Shown here in pieces: positions 11,801-22,139 of a stretch of 64,000 nucleotides of DNA. Origin of the DNA: Vulcanimicrobiota bacterium (GTDB lineage: Bacteria; Vulcanimicrobiota; Vulcanimicrobiia; Vulcanimicrobiales; Vulcanimicrobiaceae); assembly GCA_963833095.1 (NCBI GenBank), contig CAWHWQ010000003.1, positions 32,001-96,000 on the forward strand, in the 5' to 3' direction. Position 1 is the stretch's first letter. Each line of letters begins with the position of its first letter. A model generated the notes under the pieces. The model had not been told where the DNA came from. It ran no database searches and was given only the letters and a program-made list of their open reading frames with translations. Both the position numbers and the translations under genes were made by a program.

Positions 11801-12350
11801 CACGCTGATGAAAGACTTGCGCGCGGTCGACGACGATGCGCTGGTGACCGTTGCCGGCATGGTCACCTCGGTGCGCCGCACGCTCACCAAGTCGGGTCAG
11901 CAGATGCTCATCGCGCAACTCGAAGATACCAGCGGCGCCTGCGACGTCGTCGTGTTCTCGAAGATGTATCCGACGGTGCAAGGGCTCTTCACCGAAGATG
12001 AAATCCTCGTCGTGAAGGGACGTCTACGGCTGCGCGAGCGGCCCGGCGCCGCGCCCGGCGAAGAAGGACCGGTCGAACTTTCGGTGAGCGCAAATGACGT
12101 CAATGTGTTCGAGATCCCGGCGCGAGTCGCTCCGTCGGTGCCGGTGCGTGAATGGCACGTCGAGGTGGGCTCCCGCGATCAGATCGATCGCCTGGCCGCG
12201 CTGGTCGACGATTGGCCCGGTCACGTTCCCGTCACGATGCACGCGAGCGGCCGCTCGCAGCGCCTCACACGCACGGTCGCGGCGGATCATCGGCTGCGCA
12301 GCGAGCTCGAGCGCATCTTTGGACGCGGGAACGTAAGGCATGACGCTTAG
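8892..12350 (+). CDS. dnaE: DNA polymerase III alpha subunit (frameshifted near 11070-11170 and 11715)
   Basis: HLHVHSEYSLLDG, GPGRGSA, RISMPDIDTDF, GYGFNKSHAAAY, EKETLGIFVSGHP and a C-terminal OB domain. Confidence 0.97.
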
Positions 12351-13632
12351 CGTGATGCCGGCCGCCGAACGCATGCGCTCGGCGCGAACGCGGCGCGACG
12401 GTTGGACGCCGTCGCCGGAGCTCATCGCGTCGGTCGCGGAGATTCTTGCCGGGGTGCGCGCACGCGGCGACGCTGCGCTGGTGGAATACACGCGGCGTTA
12501 CGACGACCCGAACTACGATCTCTCAAAATTGCGGGTGGCAATTCCGATGCAAGAGGGCGCGCGCGCGCTGGTGCCGCCCGAGATTGCCGACGCGTTGCGG
12601 CTGGCCAAGGATCGCATCACGCGCTTCCACGAGCGACAGCGGCCCGCGGATCTCTCGTATGTCGATGAAGACGGAACACGCTACGGCCTGCGCTACCGCC
12701 CGCTGGATTCGGTCGCGGTCTACGTGCACGGCGGACGCGCGGCTACGGCATCCGCGGTGTTGATGAGCGCCGTGCCGGCCAAGATCGCCGGCGTATCGCG
12801 CATCATCGTGCTCTCGCCGCCGCGCAACGGCGGCACCGTCCATCCGGCCGTGCTCTATGCCTGCAGTTTGTGCGACGTCGACGAGCTCTACGCGGTCGGC
12901 GGCGCGCATGCGATCGCCGGCGCCGCCTACGGAACCGACTCGATTGCGCGCGTCGACAAGATCGTCGGCTGGGGCGGGGCGATCGTCAGCGAGGCCAAGC
13001 GGCAGATCTACGGTGTGTGCGGCATCGACGGGCTTTCCGGGCCGCCCGAAGTGCTGGTCGTTGCCGACGACGGCGCCAGCAGCGAATACGTCGCCGGCGA
13101 ATTGCTCGCGCAGGCCGAGCGCGAGCCGTTTGCGCGGGTAGCAGTGCTCTCGGAATCGCGTCCGCTCTTAGAAGCCGTGGCGCAACTGCTCGATACGTTC
13201 GACGTGCGCACCCTCGCGCACGGCGAAACCCTGCGGCAGGTGATCGAGGGCGCGTGCTACCTGCTCCACGCGCAGAACCGCGCCGAGCTCCTCGAGGCGA
13301 TCGAAACGATCGCGCCGGAGCGTCTCGCGCTCCAAGTGCGCGAACCCGAACCCTATCTCGCGCGCGTGCGTCGCGTCGGGACCGTGCTCGTCGGCGACAT
13401 GACGCCGCTGGCCTCGGGCGACTATTTGGCCGGCACGAACAACGTGCTTCCCGCTTCGGGTACCGCGCGCTTTGCGTCGGGTCTCCGTCTGGACGATTTT
13501 TTCCGCAGTTTCAGCGTCGTCGAGAATTCGCGCGAGCGCATGCTGCATGACGCGTTGCCGCTCGCGGCGCTGTGCGATTTCGAAGATCTTCCGCATCACG
13601 CGCAAACCTCGCGGATGCGTAGCGGCGGATGA
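12340..13632 (+). CDS. Histidinol dehydrogenase homologue with degenerate active site
   Basis: Full-length HisD fold (RGDAALVEYTRRYD, PAKIAGV, GIDGLSGPPEV, GDYLAGT..VLP..GTARF), but QAEH>QAER, APEH>APER and NHVLP>NNVLP. Confidence 0.85.
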   Translation: MTLSVMPAAERMRSARTRRDGWTPSPELIASVAEILAGVRARGDAALVEYTRRYDDPNYDLSKLRVAIPMQEGARALVPPEIADALRLAKDRITRFHERQRPADLSYVDEDGTRYGLRYRPLDSVAVYVHGGRAATASAVLMSAVPAKIAGVSRIIVLSPPRNGGTVHPAVLYACSLCDVDELYAVGGAHAIAGAAYGTDSIARVDKIVGWGGAIVSEAKRQIYGVCGIDGLSGPPEVLVVADDGASSEYVAGELLAQAEREPFARVAVLSESRPLLEAVAQLLDTFDVRTLAHGETLRQVIEGACYLLHAQNRAELLEAIETIAPERLALQVREPEPYLARVRRVGTVLVGDMTPLASGDYLAGTNNVLPASGTARFASGLRLDDFFRSFSVVENSRERMLHDALPLAALCDFEDLPHHAQTSRMRSGG

Positions 13633-13639
13633 AAACGGC

Positions 13640-14437
13640 ATGAAACTCGTAGCCTTCGACCTCGACGGGACGCTGGTCGGGCGGGATCTCGTGATACGGC
13701 CGCGCGTCCGCGCGGCGATTGCGCGCATGCTCGAGGCCGGCATCCAAGGCTGCATCGTCACGGGACGGATGTATCAGGCCGCCGTTCCCTACGCGCGCGA
13801 ACTCGGTTTCGATGCGCCGGTGGTGTGCTATCAGGGCGCGGCGATTGTCGATCCCACTAGCGACGAGGTGCTGCGCGATACGCCGCTCCAGAACGAGACG
13901 GTCGGCGACGTGATTACGATCGCCGCTGACGTCGAACGTGCACTTGCAGCTCTATCGCAACGACGAATATTACTGCGAGCAAGAGAACCGCTTTTCGCAG
14001 CTCTACGCGCAACTCTCGGGCGTGAACCCGATCATCGTACCCTCGCTGCGTGAGGCGTTTGCGTTCAGCCCCGCGACCAAAGCGGTCGTGATCGACGATC
14101 CGCCGCGCGCCGCCGAAATGGCGGCGCTTTTCACGCAGCGGCTCGGGCAAGCAAGCCTACGTGACGCGCAGCTATCCCGAGTTCGTGGAGATCCTCGATC
14201 CCCACGTCGACAAGGGCGAGGCGTTGCGCTTTGTGGCCGCGCGTCTGGGCGTCGAGATGCGCGACGTCGCGGCGATCGGTGACTCGTGGAACGACGCGCC
14301 CATTGTTGGAAGCGGCCGGATTCGGCATCGCGATGGGCTCGGCGCCCGACGAGCTGCGCAAGGTCGCCAAGGCGGTGGTGGGCGACGTGCAGGACGACGG
14401 CGTGGCCGAAGCCATCGAGCGTTACGTGCTCGCGTGA
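13640..14437 (+). CDS. Cof-type HAD-IIB hydrolase (frameshifted)
   Basis: LVAFDLDGTL, VTGR, VDKGEAL, AIGDSWND and DGVAEAI motifs. Confidence 0.9.
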
Positions 14438-15200
14438 AAAAGGGCCGCCCGCAACCACGCCGCCGTCGCGCATCGCCGGCGCGGCGCTTGCGCCCGTTCT
14501 GGTTTCTCATCGCCATCGCGGTGGTGCTCGCCGGGATCGGCGGCTATGTGCTCGCGACCTGGCCCGCGCTCTATCCGCACACCATCGAGGTCGACGGTAA
14601 TCACACCGTTCCTGAAGCAAGCCATCATGGACCGCGCGCAAATCGATCTGAGCAAGAACATGTGGCTGCAGAATACCCGCGCGATGGTAGCACGGGTCGA
14701 ATCACTTCCCTACATCGATCGCGCGGTGATCCACCGGCAACCGCCCGACACGATCGTCATCACGGTGACCGAGCGCACACCGTATGCGTTTGTGGACGAT
14801 CGCGGCGAGCGCGTCACGATCGATCATCGCCTCCGCGTGCTGCAGAACGGTGCGCCACCCGATCTTGCGGACTCGCTACCCGCTTTTGTGCTCGTGCTGC
14901 CCCAGGCCGCCGCCGTGGGGACGACGATCGATGATCCCGATCTGCAAACGCTCGTGGGCGACGCCGACGCGCTCGCTGCCGCGCATCTGGATGCGCGCTC
15001 GTTAGGCTTCGACCGCTTCGGTGATGTCACCGTGCAACTGCGCAGCGGCATTACCGTACTGCTCGGCGATCGCAGCGGCAGCGAGCAGAAGGTCGCGCTC
15101 ATTCGACCCGATTCTGGAAAAAGTCGAGCGCGGCAAGCGTAGAGTTGCCGCGCTCGATTTGCGAGCGATGACCACGCCCGTGGTCGTCTACGCGAAATAG
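14434..15200 (+). CDS. ftsQ: Cell division protein FtsQ/DivIB (frameshifted)
   Basis: Basic N-tail, one TM helix, POTRA domain (IEVDGN...LPYIDRAVIHRQPPDTIVITVTERTP) and C-terminal LDLR motif. Confidence 0.8.
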
Positions 15201-15209
15201 GCGAGGGTC

Positions 15210-15569
15210 CTAGCGCAAGACCACGCCGTTTGCGATGAATGTGCCGTTGCTGTAATAACCGTAGATGGCGATGCGATCGCCGCGGTGGGGCGTGGCACCG
15301 GTCGGGTGAATCACGGTGCCGTTCTTGAGATCGATCGTCTGCACGTCACCGTCCTGACGTTGGATCTCGACGCGATACGCGCGAAAGTGAACGACCTCGC
15401 CGAGAATGACGTGGCGCCGATCATATTGATAGCGATCCCACGCCGGCTGCCAGGTTGTGTAGGTGGGTCCGTATCCATACTGTTGCGCGGACGCGCTCGG
15501 CGCGAACGCTGCCGAGAGGCCGAGTAAGAGAGCGAGCGTCGCGAAGGCTGTAACAAGTGTTCGTTTCAT
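15210..15569 (-). CDS. Small secreted hypothetical protein (possible OB-fold-like beta barrel)
   Basis: Signal peptide ending ASA-Q; beta-rich mature region with GDRIAIYG. Confidence 0.7.
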   Translation of the reverse strand: MKRTLVTAFATLALLLGLSAAFAPSASAQQYGYGPTYTTWQPAWDRYQYDRRHVILGEVVHFRAYRVEIQRQDGDVQTIDLKNGTVIHPTGATPHRGDRIAIYGYYSNGTFIANGVVLR

Positions 15570-15576
15570 GCATAAG

Positions 15577-15611
15577 AAACGGGCGCCCGATCATTTGCGG
15601 TGCGCCCGTTT
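15577..15611 (-). terminator. Hairpin between the two small secreted-protein genes
   Basis: AAACGGGCGC...GCGCCCGTTT 10-bp stem. Confidence 0.4.
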
Positions 15612-15651
15612 GCCGTTTCTCATCACGTTCTCATCGAACGCATCAAGCGTG

Positions 15652-15942
15652 TTAGTGGTTGGTGAGATCGAGATAAACCATGACGGCACCCTTGATCAGC
15701 GAGAGTTTGAGTTGATCGCCGGGTTTGATTTTGTCAAAGTCGACGGAATCGCGCCCTGCGGCGAGCGTGGTCTCCGCGCCGTTGTCCATCGTCACCTGAA
15801 TATGTTTGGCATCAACAAGCTTTTCGACTTTGCAGTTGTAGGTGCCGTCGGGTATCAGCGATGCATCGATATTGGCGGCAAGCGCGATCGCTGGCATCAC
15901 GAGAGCCGTTAGGAGGGCGACGAGACTGAGCTTCTTTTGCAC
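15652..15942 (-). CDS. Small secreted hypothetical protein
   Basis: GGAG RBS, signal peptide ending ALA-A, beta-rich region with IKPGDQLKL. Confidence 0.7.
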   Translation of the reverse strand: MQKKLSLVALLTALVMPAIALAANIDASLIPDGTYNCKVEKLVDAKHIQVTMDNGAETTLAAGRDSVDFDKIKPGDQLKLSLIKGAVMVYLDLTNH

Positions 15943-16036
15943 GGTTACTCCAGAAAAAAGGGTGAGTTTAACTAAGGGATGGCTTAAACTAAGAGCCTTG
16001 CCTAGGGAAGTTTTCGTCTAATTTGGGGTGTTTGGC

Positions 16037-18159
16037 TTAAGATGATAGCGCAATTGTGTGTGGGTCTTCTAGGGCCCCGCTGCCAGAAGGTGCGCCATCC
16101 TCAAAGGCCACTTGGCCAGTGTGGAACTGCCCGACCATCTCGCGAAGCTCGCTGGCTTGCGATTGGACGTCGTCGGCGCTAGTGGCCATGGTGCCGATGG
16201 CCTCGGAGTTCTTCTCGCCGAGTTCGCTCGACTGCTCGATGCGAGTACCCAGCGCCTTGATCGACCCGCCTGTGCTCCGTGGAGGCTCGCGCCACCTGCG
16301 CGGTGCGGTTCTCGATTTCGGAGACGCTCTCGAGGATCTGGTTCGAAGTAATAGCCTGCTCACGCATGGTCGCCGCGGCCTCGTGGGTCATGGCCCCCAT
16401 CTGTTCGCTTGCCCTGGCAAGTTCTTCTGAGGCGCGAGCCTGTTCGGTCGTCGCAACGTGATTTCGCTCACCAACTGTGCGACTTCCGTCACACGCGTGC
16501 TGATCGTTTCGATCATGGTCGTGACGTTGCGAGCGGACTCGGCATTGTTTTGGACGAGATTGTTCGCGCGCGCGGTCCGTTCGAGAACGGCCGACGTGCG
16601 GCGCTGAATGTCGGCCACGAGCGTGCCGATTTGCTTGGTGGAGCTGGCAGAGTTTTCGGCTAGCTTGCGGACTTCGTCGGCGACGACCGCGAAGCCGCGG
16701 CCGTGTTCGCCGGCGCGCGCCGCTTCGATTGCGGCGTTGAGCGCCAGCAGGTTCGTTTGATCCGCGATCTCTTCGATGAGGCCGAGAATCTCGCCGATCT
16801 GGCGCGAAGCGTGATCGAGGCTCTGCATCTCCGAGACGACGTCGGCGACGGTGTCGCTGATGCGAACCCATGCCTTTGGAGAGCGCGAGCACTTCGTTGC
16901 GGCCTTCGCGCACCTGTTGATCGGTGATGTTCGATTCGGAGCGAACGCGATCGGCGTTGCTGGCGACCTGCACGATCGAGGCCGACATCTCTTGCGTGTT
17001 GGCAACGGCTTGTTCGACGACGGTGGCAAGGTTCAAGAGGTTCTGATCCATCTCTTGGATCGATGCGGTCATTTCAGCGACGGCGCTGGAGATATCCGAA
17101 ACGCGGCGCGCAACGGCCTCGGCGTTATCGGCGACGGAGCCGGCGGCGCCGGAGAGATCGGCGGAATATTGAGCGCCTCGCCGAGCGCGGCCAGCTCTTC
17201 TTTGATGCGGCCGTCGACTTCGAGCGCGATATGATTGCTTTGCTCGCTGGCGCCTTGCACGGTGACGGCGACGCGCGCTGAATCTGACGGCATGATGCGC
17301 CGAAATGCGGTCGCCGAACTCGTCGACGCCGACGCCGAGGCGGCCAAGCAGATCGTGCCCGTGCCAGCTGATGCGCTCGCGAAAGATCGCCGTTGCCCAT
17401 CGCCTCGAAGATGTCGACGCATGCGTCCGATGCTGCGTGAGCATCGTGGCGGCGGAACCAATGTCATGCAGACGATGACGATGACGATCGCGAGCGAGCA
17501 GGCCGCCGATCAAGGCGCGATAGCCGCGGTGCGCGCGGCGATCAAGCAATTTCGATACCGGTCTGCCGCCAGCGCGTTGAGCGCGTCAAGCATCGACTGT
17601 CCGTCTTGCGCTCTGCTTTTCGTAGGCAGGCTGGACGGGACCGTTAATCTGCGCGAGCGCGTCTTTGTTCTTGCCTTGCTGTAGCAGGCTCACGGCGGAG
17701 AGCGCTTGGAAATCGTAGCCGCTTGCGCTGGTACTGAACGCGTTGACCAGCGAGCCGATTTGCTTCGCGATTTCGTCGGTGTTGCTCGCGCACGACGAGT
17801 CGCAGGTCGTCCGTGCTCTTGCTCGCGCTCTTGGTCGGGCAGAAGATTGCGACCATCTTACGCGAGTCGTCGGGGAACTGTTTGACCAGCGTGTTTGCAA
17901 GGGCGGTTGCTTGGCGGCTGCGGCGGGGTCGGTGAGGTCGCGGCTTCGAGCGTCGCCGCGCGCAAGCTGTCAGCATCGGCGGCAACTTTCGCGTAGGCGA
18001 GCTGCCCCGCGATGACGCGTCGCTGAGCACTTCGGCCTGATTCGAAATCCCGTTCAAGGCCCAGAGCATCACTGGGACCATAAGCAATACGACGAGGATC
18101 ACGAGGCCAAAGGCCATCATGAGCCCGCGTTCTAGACTTGTGCGGCGCTGTTCCATCAT
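16037..18159 (-). CDS. Methyl-accepting chemotaxis protein (multiple frameshifts)
   Basis: [38 protein letters not shown] signalling hairpin; N-terminal TM helix ([17 protein letters not shown]). Confidence 0.88.
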
Positions 18160-18322
18160 TAGCTTAATCGGCCGACCGGGGTGGGTATTTATTATTAGCA
18201 GCCTATCCCCAGCCCATCCGCATCCTTTCCTCAAGGAGTCGACGCCCTGGGCGCCAAGCCCTCTCGGTTCCCTACTTTTGATGCCCGCATGTAGTAGGGA
18301 TTGCTCGTCGCCGGCACAATAT

Positions 18323-19553
18323 ATGGTGGTTATGAAGCACGAGACCGTTTGCGGGCTCGATATCGGGACGACCAAGACCTGCGCGGTCGTTGCCGTGGAA
18401 GGGCCGAGCGGGCTCGAGATCGTCGGGCGTAGGTGAGGCGCCGTCCCTGGGGATGCGCAAGGGGGTCGTGGTCGACCTCGAGGAGACGATCAAGTCGATC
18501 GAGGCAGCAACCGAGAAAGCCGAACGTATGGCCGGCTTCCACGTCTCGGACGTGTTCGTCGGGATAACCGGCGATCACATTCGCAGCACCAACAATCGCG
18601 CCGTGGTTGCAGTATCGGGCGACGACCGCGAAGTGCGCGGTGCCGACGTGCGTCGCGTCATCGACGCAAGCAAGATCATCAATATTCCCGCCGACCGTCA
18701 GATCATCCACGCACTGCCGCGCTACTTCACCGTCGACGGTCAAGAGGGCGTAGAGGATCCGATCGGTATGGCCGGCGGACGCCTAGAAGTCGACACGCAT
18801 ATCATCACCGGCGGTTCGACATTCATCACCAACGTGCTCAAATGCGTGCACCGCGCCGGCCTCGAAGCAGCGGGACTGGTCTTCGAACCGCTCGCGAGTT
18901 CGGCGTCGACGCTGTTGCCCGAAGAAAAACAAGTCGGCGTCGTGTTGCTCGACATCGGCGGCGGCACGACCGACATAGCGGTGTATTCGCTCGGCAGCGC
19001 GATTTTTACGGCGACGGTTCCGGTAGGCGGCAACATTCTAACCAACGACATCTCGCTGGGCCTCAAAACCTCGCTTGCGCGAAGCCGAAGAAGTGAAGAA
19101 GCGTTTCGGCGCCGGCGTTGCGCGATGACGGCGAGATGACGTTTAGCGTGCACGGGCTCGACGGCCGCACGAATAAGGATGCACCACGCAGCAGTTGCGC
19201 GCAGATCGTCGTGCCGCGCGTGCTCGAAACGCTGCGCATGGCCAAGCAAAAAATCGTCGAGAACGTTCCGCGCGACCTCGTTCTCGGCGAAGTGGTCATG
19301 ACCGGCGGCGGCGCGCTTTTGCCGGGTCTCGAGCCGATTGCCGAAGACGTCTTCGGTTTGCCGGTGCGCGTCGGTTCATGCCTCGACCCTGATCGGGCTT
19401 ACCGAAGCGATGAGCCAACCCCAGTATGCAACTGCGATCGGCCTGGTGCTCTTCGGTGCCAACGGCGAGTTAGAAGAGAGCAACGGCGCGCGGCGCAGCG
19501 GCGGATCGATGTTTACCAAAGTCCGACAGTGGTTCGCGGATCTTTGGAACTAG
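18323..19553 (+). CDS. ftsA: Cell division protein FtsA (frameshifted)
   Basis: GLDIGTTKT, LLDIGGGTTD, MTGGGALL, YATAIGL and a C-terminal amphipathic helix (MFTKVRQWFADLW). Confidence 0.95.
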
Positions 19554-19609
19554 GATGCAGCCTCCATGGACAAACCTAAGCAACTTAATCTAAGCGAGGA
19601 GCAAGCTCG

Positions 19610-20682
19610 ATGGCAGATGCACGGCGCTTTCAACCCGAACATGCCGCGTCGATCAAAGTAATCGGCGTCGGCGGCGGCGGCTGCAACGCCGTCAACCGCA
19701 TGATCGAAGCGGGCCTGACCGGCGTGGAATTCTACGCGGTCAACTCCGACGTGCAGGCGCTGCGCAACTCGCTCACCGAGAACACGGTGCATATCGGCGG
19801 CGGCCAAACGCGTGGCCTGGGCGCCGGCGCGAACCCGACGCTCGGACGCGAAGCCGCCGAAGCCTCGCGCGAAGATCTCGCGATGGTTCTCGACGGCGCG
19901 GACCTGGTGTTTATCACCGCCGGTATGGGCGGCGGCACGGGCAGCGGCGCGGCCCCAGTGATCGCGGAAATCGCGCGCGAATCGGGCGCGCTGACGATTG
20001 CCGTCGTCACCAAGCCGTTCGCGTTCGAAGGCAAAAGCGCATGCAAACCGCCGAAACGTCGATCGCCGACCTAGAAGCCAAGGTCGACACGCTGATCACG
20101 ATTCCGAACGAGCGCATTTTGCAAGTGATCGAAAAGCGGACGCCGCTCAACGAAGCGTTCGCCTACGCCGACGACGTGCTGCGTCAAGGCATTCAGGGTA
20201 TCAGCGATCTGATCACCCAGCCGGGATTGATCAATCTCGACTTCGCCGACGTGAAGACGATGATGAGCGATGCGGGCAGCGCGATGATGGGCATCGGCGA
20301 AGGCACGGGCGAACATCGCGCCGCCGACGCCGCGCAAAAGGCGATCGCTTCGCCGCTGCTTGAGACGACGATCGAAGGCGCGCGCGGCGTGATCTTCAAT
20401 ATCACCGGCGGTCCGGATATGGCGATGTACGAAGTCAACGAGGCAGCCGAAATGATCAGCCGCGCGGTCGATTCGGACGCGCAGATCATCTTCGGTGCGT
20501 CGATCGATCCGATCGATGGCCGGCAAGGTTCGTGTGACGGTACTGGCAGCCGGTTTCGGTGCTCCGCGAGGAGCGTATCGCGCGCATCGGGTCACACATT
20601 CGAAACCGGCAAGCTGGACACCGTGACACCGGTCAACATGGACGACATCGAAGTTCCGGCATTCCTGCGCTATCGCGGCTAG
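19610..20682 (+). CDS. ftsZ: Cell division protein FtsZ (frameshifted)
   Basis: [26 protein letters not shown] tubulin signature, INLDFADV and C-terminal DIEVPAFLR. Confidence 0.98.
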
Positions 20683-20692
20683 CAAAGCAACC

Positions 20693-21498
20693 ATGGACGA
20701 CCAGGGCTTCAACGCCCGGGTGCTGGTCGACTCGATCAGCCCCGCGGGTATCCGTTTGACCACACTCGAGGTGCGCTTCCCGCGCTTCGTGCTGAGTGAA
20801 TTTAACACGCATCGTGTTTTCAGTCGGAATAGCGCAAGCAGCCGGGCCATGCCAACCAGTAAAATTGTCGAACGAGTCCTGCAAAATCCCGCGATGCCGG
20901 TCGAATGGGGCGTAAATAAGCCGGGCATGTCGGCAAACGAGACGCTCACCGCGGAACAAGAAGAAGCGGCCAAAGCCGGATGGCTGCGGGCGCGCGATAG
21001 CGCTGTGGAGCACGTGCGGGATTTGCAGAAGCACAACGTGCACAAGCAGATCTCAACCGCATCATCGAACCATTCATGTGGCACACCGTAATCGTGACGG
21101 CGACAGAATGGGACAATTTCTTCAGATTGCGTCTGGCAGAAAATGCGCAGCCCGAGATTCGCGTTGCGGCGCAACATATGCGCGCGGCAATTGATGGCTC
21201 GAAGCCAAAGCCCGTCGCGGTCGGCGGCTGGCATCTGCCCCTGGTTCAAGAGGACGAACGCTCGCTTCCCATCGAGCAGTTGAAGAAAATCAGCGCTGCT
21301 CGCTGCGCGCGCGTGTCGTATCTCACGCACGACGGGAAGCGCGACATCGAAAAGGACATAGAGCTCTGCGCGCGTCTCTTAAGCGATCGCCATCTTAGCC
21401 CGTTCGAGCACGTCGCGACGCCCAGCGGCGACGGCGAATTTCACGCCAATTTCCGCGGATGGCGGCAAATGCGCAAGGAGCTGGAAGAGCAAGGCTAA
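20693..21498 (+). CDS. thyX: Flavin-dependent thymidylate synthase-like protein (frameshift near 21055)
   Basis: THRVFSRNSASSR variant of the ThyX motif; W..FF.LR...AQPEIR; SAARCARVSY; HLSPFEH. Confidence 0.8.
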
Positions 21499-21550
21499 GC
21501 CAAGCCTTAAGCGGGTATGATGAGCCTTGCTAGTACAAGGAGCAACCGCT

Positions 21551-21940
21551 ATGTCGAAATTCGCACTCGCACTCTTTCTGTTCGCGGCCCTTACGCCGAG
21601 TGTCGCCAGCGCATGTAGCAATCTGTCGCTGGGAAGCGTCGGCGTCAAGAACATGACGAGCGACGGCAAGCTCAACTACTACCAGATCAACGGCGTGGTA
21701 ACCAACAATGGCGCAAACCAGCCGTCAAGCACTCTGCAGGCAGTAGACATCTACAAAGGGCCTGTGAAGAAAGATTCCAAGTCGATCCCCCCGCTCAAGG
21801 CCGGTCAGTCGTTCACCTTCACGTATGTCTCGGATCGTTCGAGCGACGCAGGGAAGGGCACGTCGCATTTGCGCTTTATGCTCGATGAAAAGAATGGCTC
21901 GATGTGTACGGCGGCTTCGCCCGCAACCGTGACGTTCTGA
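21551..21940 (+). CDS. Secreted hypothetical protein, Ig/CARDB-like
   Basis: AGGAG RBS, signal peptide, V.NNG...IPPLKAGQSFTF pattern, two Cys. Confidence 0.65.
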   Translation: MSKFALALFLFAALTPSVASACSNLSLGSVGVKNMTSDGKLNYYQINGVVTNNGANQPSSTLQAVDIYKGPVKKDSKSIPPLKAGQSFTFTYVSDRSSDAGKGTSHLRFMLDEKNGSMCTAASPATVTF

Positions 21941-22139
21941 CGTCGTGAAGGGGGGCTGGGCCGCTCGGCCCATGCCCCCAAGTAGGGGCTCAGTGCCCGG
22001 CACGGTAGTGATTTGGACATTAAGGTCACCTTTATTTCCACTGTGTTGCAAACTCGTTTCCAATGTGCGATAAAGATGACCCAAGCGTCATATTGCCGCG
22101 GCGCCGGGAAAGTTTGCACCGTCAGGTGGGGTTACGGGT

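Noticed and set aside
8892..12350. Split or intein-containing DnaE
   Set aside because: The total length is normal, no intein motifs are seen at the breaks, and the breaks are simple frame changes.
22040..22136. c-di-GMP-I (GEMM) riboswitch before pilB
   Set aside because: GCAAAC and GGGGTTAC are present, but the GAAA tetraloop stem and GACGCAAAGC core are missing.
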